Assembly: GCA_965112155.1 (NCBI GenBank)
Contig: OZ218102.1
Strand: one strand, 5' to 3'
Source of the DNA: Podarcis liolepis
Lineage: Eukaryota
DNA: 64,000 nt
Position numbers and translations under genes: made by a program. Under the pieces are notes generated by a model, which saw only the letters and a list, made by a program, of their open reading frames with translations, ran no database searches and was not told where the DNA came from. Numbering within the stretch: the stretch's first letter is position 1; the number at the start of each line of letters is the position of its first letter. This document shows, piece by piece, positions 12,166 through 25,015 of the stretch.

Positions 12166-13959
12166 CATCTTCTCTATCTGTTTCTCTACCCATTCTGCCT
12201 CATTGCTCCCTGTGTCCAGGAAACTATCCATTGCAAAAGTCAAAACAAACCTGTCAGAAAAAGGTGGTGTCCTTGCTCTTACTTTCCTATTCCATTCATG
12301 AATTGTTTTAGTAACTTTCTAGAGGAAATGGATGCATCACACGCTTGCCAGGCTGATTCTTTGTGCATAGTGAAAACAGGTATGCCTCTTTCCCATTTGG
12401 ACAATAAAAGGTTAATGTGTTGTTACCTGGACACTCCATGTGGAGGTGATCACAAATCAAGTCAACATAAGATGTCATCAACTGCCACAAATGTCGAGGT
12501 AGCGACAACATACATCTGCTAATCCATCATGCAACGAGAAGTATCGGCAAGATGTATCCTTAAACAGGCACAACACACCCTATAAACAGAGAACTAAATT
12601 TAAGGGGGCTGAAGTCCAGAGATTCCTTTGAGTTTAAAGAACTAATTTCATCCTTATAACATGAAAGTTACAGGGGAGATTGTAAAGCCCATGGGTTGGG
12701 TTACCAACTAAATGAGAGTGGAGGGTAAACCTGTCATCTTCTGCGCCCATAAAAGCAACATCACATGAAGCTTTTTATTGGCACAGCAATGAACATGATG
12801 ACCCCCTAGCTCAGCTGAACAAGCAGTCATGAAAGGCACGAAAGCCATTGCAAAAGTTGGCAGCTTTAGCCCCAAGGTTGCCACTTGTCCTCTCTTTCAC
12901 CTTTAACGGGACTGTGACACGCAGATTTCACACGCAGGTAAAACAGAGATGGGGAACCTGTGATCCCCTAGATGTTGCTGGACTACAGCTGCCACCTTCC
13001 TTGACCACTGCTAGGTTGATGGGAGCTGAAATCACACAGACTCACCACCTCCCTGAATAAAGGTAATCTGAGAACGGAGGGATGGTCCAAAAGCGTTCCC
13101 CTTGGCCAGGAGTGCGGGCAGTAATATAGGGCCCTGCACTTACCTTTTTGTTTGTTAACTGAGTTCAAAAAGATGTCATTCTGCTTATTTCTCCCCTCTT
13201 CCTATAAAACAGGTTGATTATGAGTCAGGTTGATTATTTTATACAAAAAAGGGGGGGTGACCTTGTTGCTTTAAGTTTGGGGTTTTGTGTGTGCTTTTTT
13301 AAAATCAAAATACTTCTGACCAGAAAGCAGTTATCTCCAAATGTTGTCCATCAGGCAGGCAATAAATCAGTCCCTTCCCACCAACATAGAAAAATATGGC
13401 TCTGTACTCTTCCGGTAACTTCTCTTGCTTCATTTTTCCATTGACCCTGCTCTGCAATTACTATCTTCAAGCTGATGAAATCTCATTCTCTCCAGCAATG
13501 ACAGTGTCGGGCTGTAACCTGGGTCACACTGACCCACACTCAAGCCATCTATTTCTGAAAGTACCGTATTTGGAATCCAAAAAACCTGACATTCTCCCCA
13601 GCTGTCCCTGACTCTTGAGAGGACTCCATGGTGCCTGATATTTAATAATGATCTCCTCTCCACCGCTCCCATCCAGCATTTTCTACAAGAGTTGTATGGC
13701 AACTGCCAATATATGAGATTGCCAGTTCTTGATTAGTGTTATTTCTCCCATGAGACCTATGCTGGGATTCCTGTATGTATCCTGTTGATTACTGAAGCAG
13801 GACTGAGTTTAGCAGTAGCTGCCTTGCTGGCTTTGGATAAATAGTTCTATTAATATTTGTCCTTCCCATTTGCTGGATACCAAAGAAGGACAATGAGTGC
13901 TGTTAAAAATAAAAGTTTTGCATTGTTTCTTCCCCTACCAAGAGCACAACATCAACCTT

Positions 13960-14260
13960 TAATACCCGCCGATGAAAATAGGGACATCCCATTACTATTT
14001 AGACCCCACACATCTTACTGGGTTGCCCCAGCTACTCTGGGCAGCTTCCAACATATATAAAAACATAACAAAACATTTTAAAACTTCCCTACACAGGATT
14101 GCCTTCAGATGGCTTGGGGGTTGGATAACTCCATACCCTCCAACATTTCTCCAATAAAAATAGGGATGTCCTAAGGAAACATTCCAGGATCAAATCAGAA
14201 ACTGGGATGGCTTCTCTAAATCAGGGACGTCCCTGGAAAATAGGGACATTGGAAGGTCTG
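13960..14260. mobile_element. Composite DNA-element-like repeat enclosing a minus-strand L2 3' end
   Basis: Repeated aaaatagggacrtcc motifs (~13975, ~14157, ~14237) surround a ~125-bp segment matching the L2 3' UTR of the 9442 and 19570 copies. Confidence 0.55.
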
Positions 14261-14504
14261 ACCTTTACTGTCTGCCGACAATCATGTCTTTGAATTCAAG
14301 CAATTATTCCAGCCCAGATCTAGACTCTTAAGCATGGAAAGTCCTCCCGGTTTCCGAAACTGCAGCACAGATTCACTAAGGTTTTCAAATTGCAAAATGT
14401 GCTTTTAAAAAAGATTTGAGATATTAGCAGACTCCAGATTTCATACTTTCCATTCAAACCAAGGACTTGAATAAGGTTCCTGTAACTTTGAAAGGCCATA
14501 GATA

Positions 14505-14707
14505 GGGATGGGTGGTGGTAGAGCATCTGCTTTGCATACATACAATGATGGTCCCATGCAAGGGACCTCTGCTACCTGCAAGTAAGGCTGGGGAAGACTC
14601 CCCCCCCCCCCGCCAGACATCCTGGAGAACCACAGTCCAGTCAGTGCAGTCAGTACTGTACTAGCTGGACCAACAAGTCTGACTCAGTAGAAGGCAGCTT
14701 CATATTG
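14505..14707 (+). mobile_element. tRNA-derived SINE (Squam3-like); related copies at ~25185-25358 (+), ~26848-26995 (+), ~61183-61940 (-)
   Basis: A-box-like ggtggtagagcatctgctttgcat, shared body ccagtcagtg...ctggacca...tctgactcagtagaaggcagcttc. Family name is from recall, not a search. Confidence 0.65.
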
Positions 14708-14717
14708 TGAGATCATC

Positions 14718-16012
14718 TGTTAGAATTGTGTCCTCCTGAAACCCTGGCCTGCCTGGCAGCAAGTCAAGTGTGCCAAGTCCAAAGTTCAAGGGTCAGTCCA
14801 CACAAGCAAAGGTCAGGAAACACAGTCTAGGGTCAATCCAAGTAGCCATCTCTGAAGTCCAGCAGTCAGTATGTAGTTCAGAGTCAAGCCCAAAGCACGG
14901 TCCCATGGAGGTCCAAGAGCATCCAAGCCAAGGTCCATCAACATGGCAGGTGAACATGTGGGAATGTTGTAGCTACTAGAAGAGAATATATTGATTTAAT
15001 AGTATCCTTCCTAACTAACGTTTGTGAGTCAGGAGCAGAGTGCATTCCCCAGTACATAGAAGGAAGCTAGTTGATAGATTTGTTTGAATCTCTTCACCTA
15101 AGCAATCCAATCTGACTTTGTTCAGATTGGGCTTTGTTCCTGGCAAGTCCCCTTTTACCCCTTCTAATAAGAATAAAGAAGCTTCTTTTAAAAGTAATAA
15201 GAAGTTTACTCACATTCAGTTCACAGTTGGATCCCCGAAGGCAGGTTCAACTTAAGAGTTACAGTAAAGGGTTTGAGTTCATCCCATATGGGAAAGAGCC
15301 CATGTCTTGGTGGCTGAGAGCCAGCAAACAGCAAAATACATCAGTATCAAGGGACCACGGCATCAAGAGGAAGAAGAAGAGAAGGTGACTGCGTGACCAG
15401 CCTCTTTTAGGGGGTCTCCCAGGGTCACGCCCATCTACCTGGTCACATGCAGGGGGAGGAAGCTCCAGACCAGCTGTGACAGGAAGTCCTCCTGGATGGA
15501 GTCACACACACACACCCCACGTGTCCACTCTGGGCAAACAGGAAGTGTTGTACTTGACTGCTTATGTTACATCCCACAGAACAGACATGGCACCTCAGCT
15601 CTGCTGCCCTCTTGTACTTTGCCTGCTGACTGCAGCATCTGGGCTTGATGAGACATGAGACCCTCACCTGTTCCAAGTCTACTCCAGCTGAGGAATCACA
15701 CCCCTCCTCCCAGAGCTAGTGAGCCCCACCTGGCCAGCTAGGGAGCTGGGTTGTGGGCCCTTGCCTGCCTCTGCCTCCTAGAGCTCCCCTCCTGCTGCTC
15801 AGAGCCCATCATGTTTGTGGAGACGGGGACCCTCTGGCTCAGGTGATGGGTCCTGCTGCTCTGGATTCTGTGCAATGACCCTCTCACCATCCTCTGTCAC
15901 CCTATGAGTAGTTCCATCCCTGTCCCCTGCTTGCCCCTGTGTGTCCCAGTCCCAGCTACACCCCTTGCTGGGATTCTCTTCCTCCTCTCCATCATCCTAC
16001 CAGTTCATAACA
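14718..16012 (-). mobile_element. Solo-LTR-like element (outer), interrupted by a second LTR
   Basis: TGTTA...TAACA termini. The minus-strand start tgttatgaactggtaggat resembles the start of the 20666-21681 element. Net length ~670 bp; TSD not clean. Confidence 0.55.
14957..15578 (-). mobile_element. Solo LTR (inner), 622 bp
   Basis: TG...CA termini with inverted repeat TGTGGGA/TCCCACA and perfect 5-bp TSD GAACA (14952-14956, 15579-15583). Minus-strand ATTAAA near the 3' end (15000-14995) and TATA-like ctaaaaga (~15405). Confidence 0.85.
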
Positions 16013-17905
16013 GTCACCAAAGCTAGGGGTGAGGGGAGCCTGGCAGGGCCAGTGCAGCTCTTAATGAAGCCTGCTCAGTGTTCAGAACAGGGAACTGTAG
16101 GATGGCAATGTTGTTGCTTTTTAAAGTAACTACTGCAGTCATATTCCAACCATAACTGTTTCATGCCAGGTGTCAAAGAGCACTTCTAACATCACAAAGA
16201 GTCTTTGTTCAACTGCCAACATGCGGAGTATGAGAAGGAACAAAACTTTAGGTAAGATCCTCTTCCAGATGAGCTAGATTTCATGGAATGAGGTGGTTGA
16301 ACGGTGGAGAGATGCTATTGCTTGGAGCGAATTACAGCTCTCTGAACTTGCCACCTGGCCCAGACGTAAGTCAGAAGCAATGGCACAACATTTGCACCAA
16401 AAATGATTTCATTTCTGGCACAAGAGTGCTCTTGTCCACCTTTCCATTATTCCCAGCCACTCTTCACCTACTGCAGCCCAAGGCAAATTACATGACTGTG
16501 GGAGAACGGAACAGGTGAAGCTGTGGCTGCATTTTCTCTTGCAATTTCCTACTTTTAAAGGGAAAAAACCTCTTGATCTGTAACGCGGCAACTGTAGCAG
16601 CAGGGGGGAGTCCGAGCATGTGGCGGGTGCTAGTGTACAGGGCAAGGCAGTAGTCACCAATGGCTTCTTTGGTTGTGTGGGACAGCCACCATAGGAAAGC
16701 CATTTTGAGCTTCTCTCTGAAAGGGTGGGGAAGTGTTTAAAACCTGGGGAAACAGAGGTTTTATAACCAAACTTCTTTATTAGTGCAAATTGATTTGGTC
16801 TTGACACACAATTATGAGATGTAATCAGCGTAATGGAAAAGTTTTAGAAGCATTGGCAGGGTCTCTCATGGGAAATGTGTGTATGTCTATATAATCAGCT
16901 GTCTGATTCCATTAACATGCCAGAATTGAAAATCACTTTAAAGCTGTTATTCCCCCTGCTTCTTTTTTGTCATGTACATGCACTTAGTATAGTACAAGCC
17001 TCCCACAGACACTCTGGAAATCATCTACAGTACCTGGTTAAGTCACTTGCTCTTCCTTTATTTCAAACTTGCATCTCTCTTACCCTGGGAATATGGGAAG
17101 CACAATGTCTTCTTTGAGCTTTCACCCTCAATTCAACACAGGCCTTGTTGTTTATTTATTCATCCATTCATTTGCGTGGGAAGCTTAGATCTCGCTTTAT
17201 TCTTCAAACAAATTCGAGGCAGCTACCAGTCGGAAATCACAACACGCAATTCAAGTGAATCATAAATCAAAACATTAGCAAAAAGCAAGACCACACAAAC
17301 AACTGCAAAACTGACATAAGACTCAGGACTCCATGTAGGCATGCCTACAACTTGGGGGCTTAGCTGTGGGGAGCCCTGAGGCACGGATCTGTCTCCAATG
17401 CCCATTAACATCCATAGGAAGCCATTCAGAGAAATCGTCAGGAGGTTTAGGGCACAGTGTTGTCAGCATGCAGAGAGCCACAGTTCCTCCTTGGCAATCT
17501 CTTAGGTGGGGTTAGCAAACTGAGATGCAGCCCCTCATACACCAGCCATAGCACCGTTTGATCTGGCACAGAGGCAGATGTTAGAAACATAGAGAATGTC
17601 AAGGGAGACTAAGAAACAGAGATGCAAACAGGATTTTCTGGCTCCAGTTTATGCATGTCAATTGGGCCCTCCCCACCCTGCAAAAAAGGACACAAATGTG
17701 CATCTTTGTGCCCTCATTTGTGGATAGGCCATCCAGGAAGTCGCTGCTAGCATTGCCTGGATGGAAGGAAGACAGGCATCTTTCCAAGTTTTTTGTCCCG
17801 TCTTTCGATTGAGGCGGTGGCTTACAATGCTTGCTAAAATTGCTTCCCCCAATGCTAACATTGCTAAGACTGTTTCACTAAATTGAAGTGCACAAAAGAA
17901 TATAG

Positions 17906-18258
17906 GTAAAGGTAAAGGGACCCCTGACCATTAGGTCGAGTCATGACGGACTCTGGGGTTGCGGCACTCATCTCGCTTTATTGGCCGAGGGAGCCGGCGT
18001 ACAGCTTCCGGGTCATGTGGCCAGCATGACTAAGCCGCTTCTGGCGAACCAGTGCAGCACACAGAAATGCCGTTTACCTTCCCGCCGGAGTGGTACCTAT
18101 TTATCTACTTGCACTTTGACGTGCTTTCGAACTGCTAGGTTGGCAGGAGCAGGGACCGAGCAACGGGAGCTCACCCCGTCGTGGGGTTTCGAACCGCCGA
18201 CCTTCTGATCGGCAAGTCCTAGGCTCTGTGGTTTAACCCACAGCGCCACCTGCGTCCC
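17906..18258 (-). mobile_element. Full-length Sauria SINE
   Basis: Minus strand begins GGGACGCAGGTGGCGCTGTGGGTTAAACC (A box), B box GGTTCGAAACC, (ACCTTT)n tail. Perfect TSD ACAAAAGAATATAG at 17892-17905 and 18259-18272. CpG-rich. Confidence 0.95.
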
Positions 18259-19256
18259 ACAAAAGAATATAGCATGGCACAATTCTATCCCTTCCCCTGA
18301 CAGTGGGGTCAACCGAAAGGGAAATAGGATGGTGGGGAGCAGGGCTGTTTAAAATTTTTTTATGTAAAAGCAATGACTAAGATAATTCTCAATCTGTGGT
18401 TTGGAGCTAAGAAAGCTCCATATTGGGCTTGAGCAAAAATGGCTTGAAGCAGAAATAAACTCCTACTTTTCTGTTTCCTTCCTTTGAAAAGCATATGCAG
18501 GTGCCAGTAATTCCTGGCTCATTTACTAGATTTTATCTGTCTTCTCCCACCCCTTCAAACTCATTTTTATCTTTAAGATTCCAGTATATTTGCTTTGGCT
18601 CTATCCCAAGGGAGGCAGCTTCGCCCTCTTGTCTTGGCATGCACTTAGTTAATGAAACTCCAGGCCTCGCCTTCAGAAGGATTCCTTCCCATTGGCAACA
18701 CCTTTTAAGTTGTAGTAAAAAAGTGGGTCAACCTGAAAACTCTCCATCTACATTTGATTTATAGCAAATGTAATAGGGGGAAAGACTGACGTAGCAGAAG
18801 AGGGTTTCTTGCATACTCAGTCCCATTAGCACTGGTGAACCATTGTTTTTCCACAGTTTCCAAACACCACTATTTTTATCTTATAAAATCCAGTCTTACA
18901 CACTTTTAGCTTTTAGCTCCCAGTTCCAAAACTGTTGCAGAGAAAGGACACACAAAATACTGCTTTATTCTTCAACATCCATCCCTGTGCCAAAGACCCT
19001 TCTGCAATTTTATTTAGAACTCAGTCTCATTTGGTAAAGGTCCTCTGCAATGCTAATTAAAAGGTTCCTCACAACTTCTGATGTTTTGGTTGTTTCTTGC
19101 TGAGAATGGCAGTGAGGTTTCTGTGAGTAGCTTAATTCCCCATAAACAGTTTATGTGCATTGCCTCTCTGTGTCAGTTCCTGTTCCCATGAGGGAGGAGA
19201 GACTTTGATTTCCAATTCCTTCTTGCTATTGTTTTTGCAATAGACCCTGACAAGAA

Positions 19257-19297
<41 letters not shown>

Positions 19298-19533
19298 AGG
19301 AAATTAGGAATTAAAGCTCCTTTTTCCCATTGCAAACATGGTCACTGCAGCAGCAGCAGCAGCAACAACAACAATTTTGGCTACATTTGCACCATACATT
19401 GAATGCACTCCAAAGAAACCTGGGAACTGTTGTTTGTTACAGGTGCTGAGAATTTCCCTCACCGAGCTACAATTCCCAGAGTGCCCTGGGAAGAGGGATG
19501 GACTGTTTAAGCCACTTCGGAAATCTGTGCTCT

Positions 19534-19569
<36 letters not shown>

Positions 19570-19601
<32 letters not shown>

Positions 19602-20000
19602 TATTATTTATACTCCACCCATCTGGCTGGGTTTCCCCAGCCACTCTGGGCGGCTTCCAACAAAATATTAAAATACAGTGGTCTGTTAAACATTAAAAGC
19701 TGCCTTCAGATGTCTTCTAAAAGTCTGGTAGTTGTTCTTCTCTTTGACATCTGGTGAGAGGGCGTTCCACAGGTCGGGCGCCACTACCGAGAAGGCCCTC
19801 TGCCTGGTTCCCTGTAACTTGGCTTCTCGCAGTGAGGGAACCACCAGAAGGCTCTCGGCGCTGGATCTTAGTTTCTGGGCTGAATGATGGGGTTGGAGAT
19901 GTTCCTTCAGGTATACTGGACTGAGGCCGTTTAGGGCTTTAAAGGTCAGCACCAACACTTTGAATTGTGCTCGGAAATGTACTGGGAGCCAATGTAGATG
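19570..20000 (-). mobile_element. L2-clade LINE, 5'-truncated
   Basis: Minus-strand LHWLPVHFRAQFKVLVLTFKALNGL...RAFSVVAPDLWNALSPDVKE, highly similar to 9442-9928; tail (TAA)n/(TAG)n at 19534-19602. Confidence 0.9.
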
Positions 20001-20278
20001 TAGTATAGGCATATGTAAAGAAACAAAAACAAACACCAGTATTCAGAAGCGGTCATTTCCATGGGTGATTCCTGCCGGCTTCAAGGTCCTTCATGATGAT
20101 GATGTGGACCTTGGTACGAAAACATTGGAAGCTGGTGTATTTTCAGTTGTGAGTCTCCAAGTCAGGTGACCACATACAAAGACAAGGCTCTTCTGTTTTT
20201 TAACTGTTGTGTAAGAAGAGGGAACTTTGTCAAATGCTGTTTTTCTCAACTCTGCTTGAACAGCTGATCCTGCAAAAA

Positions 20279-20338
20279 TTCTTCTTCTTCTTCTTCTTCT
20301 TCTTCTTCTTCTTCTTCTTCTTCTTCTTCTTCTTCTTC
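20279..20338. repeat. (CTT)n microsatellite (another at 42837-42904)
   Basis: Direct reading. Confidence 0.95.
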
Positions 20339-20855
20339 CGTATTAAAGGTACATGACTCCCACCTTCCTTTGCATCCGATCATCCTATCTACTTGGGCAC
20401 AAGACACTAATGTTTTGCTGACTCTGCAAGAGATGCAGACGGCATATTGATTATTCTGCTTCCAGGATGGGGTCTGATGCTCAAAATGCCATACTGGAAG
20501 TCAATAGTTGATAGAGAGATTATTATTTTTTTGGTTAAAAATCAGACTCCATATGAAAATGAGAATAATGCTCATTTTGTACAAGGTATGTGTGATTGCT
20601 ATCAATATTCATATAACAAATCAAGGAGCTAGGGTTTCATTGCCAATTTGGTAAAAATGAGTGGGTGTCAAAGAGAGAGCCAGCAGTAAATCACACTACT
20701 GCAAGCTGGAGTTCACTCTTTATAAGTAAAAACTGGATATTCACAGACTTGACAGAATGTCAGGCCTAATAAGCACAGCAGCTCATCCCCAGTGGGTCTC
20801 CCCCCACAACCCATGAATCAGTTGCCAAAACTGAAAGTCCCTTTCTCCTCACAAT

Positions 20856-21261
20856 CAGTGCTTTCCCCCCTAAAATACAGTGGTACCTCTGGTTAAGAAC
20901 TTAATTCGTTCCAGAGGTCCGTTCTTAATCTGAGGTACCACTTTAGCTAATGGGGCCTCCCGCTGCTGCCGGGCCACCACCACGCGATTTCTGTTCTCAT
21001 CCTGAAGTAAAGTTCTTAACCTGAGGTACTACTTCCAGGTTAATGGAGTCTGTAACCTGAAGCGTTTGTAACCCAAAGAGTTTGTAACCCGGGGTACCAC
21101 TGTAATGTTTTGGGGTATTCTCATTTGGACTCAAGAAAACCACCATTTTATCGTTCAAATTGAAAAAAATAAATACAATATATGGACCAAAGTTCAAAGA
21201 TTCACAAAATATTTAGGGGTATGCGTACCCCTGCGTACCCCCCGCCCAGAAAAAAGCACTG
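20856..21261. mobile_element. hAT MITE family B, interrupted by a family A MITE
   Basis: CAGTGCTTT...AAAAAGCACTG; 8-bp TSD ctcacaat (20848-20855) / ctcacaac (21262-21269). Confidence 0.85.
20878..21102. mobile_element. Tigger/pogo-like MITE family A, copy 3 (nested)
   Basis: TA TSD at 20876-20877 and 21103-21104; TIRs essentially intact. Confidence 0.92.
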
Positions 21262-22657
21262 CTCACAACCATCTAAGTCACCTGCTTTCCAGAGCTTTTT
21301 CCAAGCAATCAGAGACTGTGCCTGCATGAAGCACTGCATGAAGCTCCTCTACCCTTTTCATGCTTCTTCTGGTTCTGGGAGACCAGGAGGGAGAAGAGCT
21401 TGTCAAAGCAGGAGGGGGAAGACACCCATGACTCTTCACCAGTCTGACTTTCCCCTCGCCTGTTCAGCTTCCGCCTCAGATTCTAGACTGTTCTCTGCCA
21501 CAGACTCTCCAAGCTCACTAAACCCTGTTACCTCTTCAGCTTCTGACACCTCCTGCCCACTGTCTTCTCCTTCTCCCTCTGACCAACTCATCATTGTCCC
21601 ACCGCCATCCCCCAGGCTCTGAGCCTTCTTTCCCTTGGTGGTTCCCCCCACCATTCCTCTGCGTCCAACCAGTCCATGACATTGGAAGGGTGGGAGTTAA
21701 TGCTGTTACGTAATTCTCTACATGCCAAGCTCAAAAGAGCTGTTGTGAATTCTACTTCTTCTCATTTCTGCCCAGGGGCTGCAAATCAACCTATGTGGTA
21801 GAAGCACCAATATCATTCTACCCACTGCCTCTAACTCCACTGCTAAGGTGAAAAAGAAATGTGTCAAATTGTTTATGTGTGACTTAACTCAGAAAAATCC
21901 AGTGATGCAGCCTACAGCGGTATCGGATTTAAACATATCAGGAGTTGCTTCAGGATGCAGAATAAACTGGAGTGTGTACATAGCCAATGACGCAAGTTTG
22001 CTCAGTGTTTTCTGTCTGCTGGCAATGAACAAGAAGAAAATACACACCGCAGTACCCTGTGATATGCCACAGAAACTGGGAAGGTTTCTACAGGACATGC
22101 ACAATATGATTGTACTGGAAATTTCTGTAGAAGACTGTCACTACAACATTGGTTTGTCTCTATGGGTAAAACTCCAAGGAATGTAGCATTTTATATTTAT
22201 ATATGATACACAGATTTGATGTTATCTGATTGGATTGAATGCTTCTAATAATTTACAGAACCTAGGCAAATTGGTAGGTTAGTCTCAAGACTTCACATTT
22301 AAAAACAAAACAAAACCCAAAGCAGCCCAAACAGGCTGCAAGTTTGATCAAAGAAAGGGTGACCTGGAAGAGAGTCCTTAATGCTTTCTCTTCCAGGTTA
22401 TTTAATTCCAACCAATCTATAGACCACTTCATAACATAACACCTTGGAAGTGGTGTACAAATTAAAAACAGAATAAAATGCAGGTTCTAAAAAACAACCA
22501 ATAATAGAACTCTAAAACCAATAAAAACAACAAAACAATTTCTGCAAGTATTCCATAAACAACTGGGTCACACCTCAGGAAAAGCCTTCTTAAACAAATT
22601 TCTCCAGTTGATGCCTAAACATCAAGACACTAGGTGCCTGCCTGATATTGGCTGGTA

Positions 22658-22898
22658 CAGTGGTACCTCGGGTTAAGTACTTAATTCATTCCGGAGGTCC
22701 GTTCTTAACCTGAAACTGTTCTTAACCTGAAGCACCACTTTAGCTAATGGGGCCTCCTGCTTCTGCGCGCTGCTGGAGCACGATTTCTGTTCTCATCCTG
22801 AAGCAAAGTTCTTAACCCGAGGTACTATTTCTGGATTAGCGGAGTCTATAACCTGAAGCATCTGTAACCTGAAGTGTATGTAACCCGAGGTACCATTG
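22658..22898. mobile_element. Tigger/pogo-like MITE family A, copy 4 (within a probable old L2 fragment ~22400-22950)
   Basis: TA-CAGTGGTACCTCGG...CCGAGGTACCATTG-TA. Confidence 0.92.
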
Positions 22899-23992
22899 TA
22901 ATTTATTCCAAGGGGTGGGAACTGCAACACTTAAAGGCTGGTTTCTAACATAAACTAAGTGCTTGGTGGGGTTAGCTCAAAATCTGCAGACTTCTTTTTC
23001 ACTTCTGTAGGTGAAAAAGCAGCTAGGCTATGAGCTGGAAAAATGTCCCAAAGGGCAAGAAATAAGAAGGGATCTCTCTTCACTCTTCCTCTGCTCTGGT
23101 ACAGTCTGCCCAGGCTGGTAATACAAATAACACAGAAACAAATCACGGGCAATAAATGCATGTCACATGTAATTTGAACCTGAGACTTATCTGGAAGTAG
23201 CTATCACTGAACCTCCGATGTATAAATTACAGAAATAAGACCTGATTAGATCTGGGTCACATTAAAGAGGCCGTAAACTAACAGGTATTTAGCTTATCAT
23301 TATAGTTTTAGTACCACAGGCAAGGGGAAGATGTGATATGAATTGGGGTTTTTTAATTAAAAAAAACAACCTCAGGCACCAAAATGCCTTAGCCCATCTT
23401 TCCTCAAGGATGTTCCATTTGTTCATATAAACGGGCATGTAAACACAGCTAGTGATAGGAACAAAATCAGAATTAAGGGAGTTCAGAATATGAACTCCCC
23501 CAGTTTGCAAAGCTTTACCCTAACGCAAGATGGATGCCAACCCTTTCGAATTCAGACTCAGCTTGTATTGGGGTTCAGCTCTGCTAGCTTGCCAGCTCTT
23601 CTGCCCTGCCCACCAACCCTCCCCTTCTCCAAAACCTACCAGGCAGGGCAGGGCAAATGCAATGGCAGGGACTCTCTGGCGGTCTCCATACAACACCTCC
23701 TCACTCACAATGCCACAAGTCCTGCAAAAAGGGTATCCTCTGGATGTTTGACTACAACTCTCATCATTCCTGACCACTGGGACTAATAGGGACTGTAATT
23801 CAACAAGATTTGAAGGGCAAGATGTTGGATACCTTTGTCCAGTGACACCATCAGAAGCACCACGAGTTGTTCCAACTGGGAACTTGTCTTAACAATGTTT
23901 TCTGGGAAGCCTAATTTCATATCAAGCTGAGAGCTGATCACCCAGCAGAGAAAAAGGGAAGCAATGTCTGAACAAATGTATTAATGACCAAC

Positions 23993-24029
<37 letters not shown>

Positions 24030-24927
24030 AATAAAGAAGACACGAGCATAATAATAATCTATTATTTATATGCCATCCATCTGACATACTATTTAATTCC
24101 TGAGCCCTTCATTCTTGACCAGGATCAACATGCCATTTTAAAGCTATTTTTGTTTAGGTTTCGTTTGCTCGTGTTATCCCAGTGAATGCTGAACAAGGCC
24201 ACGGTATGTGAAACAGATCCAGGAAGCTATTTAATCAAGATCAAAGCCAGCTTTTATCAGGCAAGACCATTTATATTGGCAATTTTTTGAAGGTCACTGA
24301 CTAACCATTCACAAATCAGGGGAGCTATCCAGCTAACTCCTTCTTTACTCTGGACATTGCTTCTGAGATTGCAGCCTTCTGGTAAAAAACAAATTGTTAA
24401 ACTTTAACTCACCTTCAAGGGACTTTTGAGTTTCCCTATGAAAAGCAAGGAAATATCTATATTTTTAGTGCTGTGAATGTTAGCAAACAACTGAACACTC
24501 CCATCCCTTTGATTTGCAATACTTTGTGAGGGGTGGAGTATTTGCCTCTAGTAAAATAGTCCAACTAGCCTGATTTCTGCTCTGCTGTATTAAACTTCTT
24601 TTCATAGTTCTATTATCCACAAGGTCATTAGTAATCTTAAATTAACTAAGACAGGAATAGTTAATAGTACCTGATCTCTTAATTATCGAAAGGAAAGTGT
24701 GAGCGGCGGACAGGTTTCTCTTTGGTTTTCCCCCTCAGCCCTGCTCTCCAATTATGCTTGAATTTCTTTCTTCCTTTACTTTGGGGGGGTAACCATAATC
24801 AGCATTACATCTGCAATGGCACTTTTTATTTTTGCAAAGGACAGTTGGCAGCCATGTTGGGACTGAACTTTGTTTGGAACTGCCACTGCCGGTGCAGACG
24901 TTAACATTAATAATGATCAGTTCCAAA

Positions 24928-24952
24928 ATAATAATAATAATAATAATAATAA

Positions 24953-24983
<31 letters not shown>

Positions 24984-25015
24984 AAGAAGAAGAAGAAGAA
25001 GAAGAAGGAGGAGGA
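24928..25015. repeat. (AAT)n(AAG)n compound microsatellite
   Basis: Direct reading. Other (AAT)n tracts lie at 19257-19295 and 32994-33052. Confidence 0.95.

Larger units (their letters stand above)
20666..21681 (-). mobile_element. Solo-LTR-like element hosting nested MITEs
   Basis: TGTCA...TGACA termini, purine-rich minus-strand U3-like start, decayed poly(A)-signal-like ttataaag near 20720. Net ~600 bp after removing the insert; TSD degenerate. Confidence 0.6.

Noticed and set aside
18165-18258. tRNA gene (A and B boxes on the minus strand)
   Set aside because: It is the tRNA-derived head of a Sauria SINE, followed by the SINE body and TSD. The same applies to tRNA-like heads at ~5555, ~14505, ~40330 and ~63856.
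21436-21654. Acidic Glu/Ser-rich ORF and the antisense 146-aa Ser-rich ORF
   Set aside because: Products of the purine-rich segment of an LTR-like repeat, with no domain or splice support.
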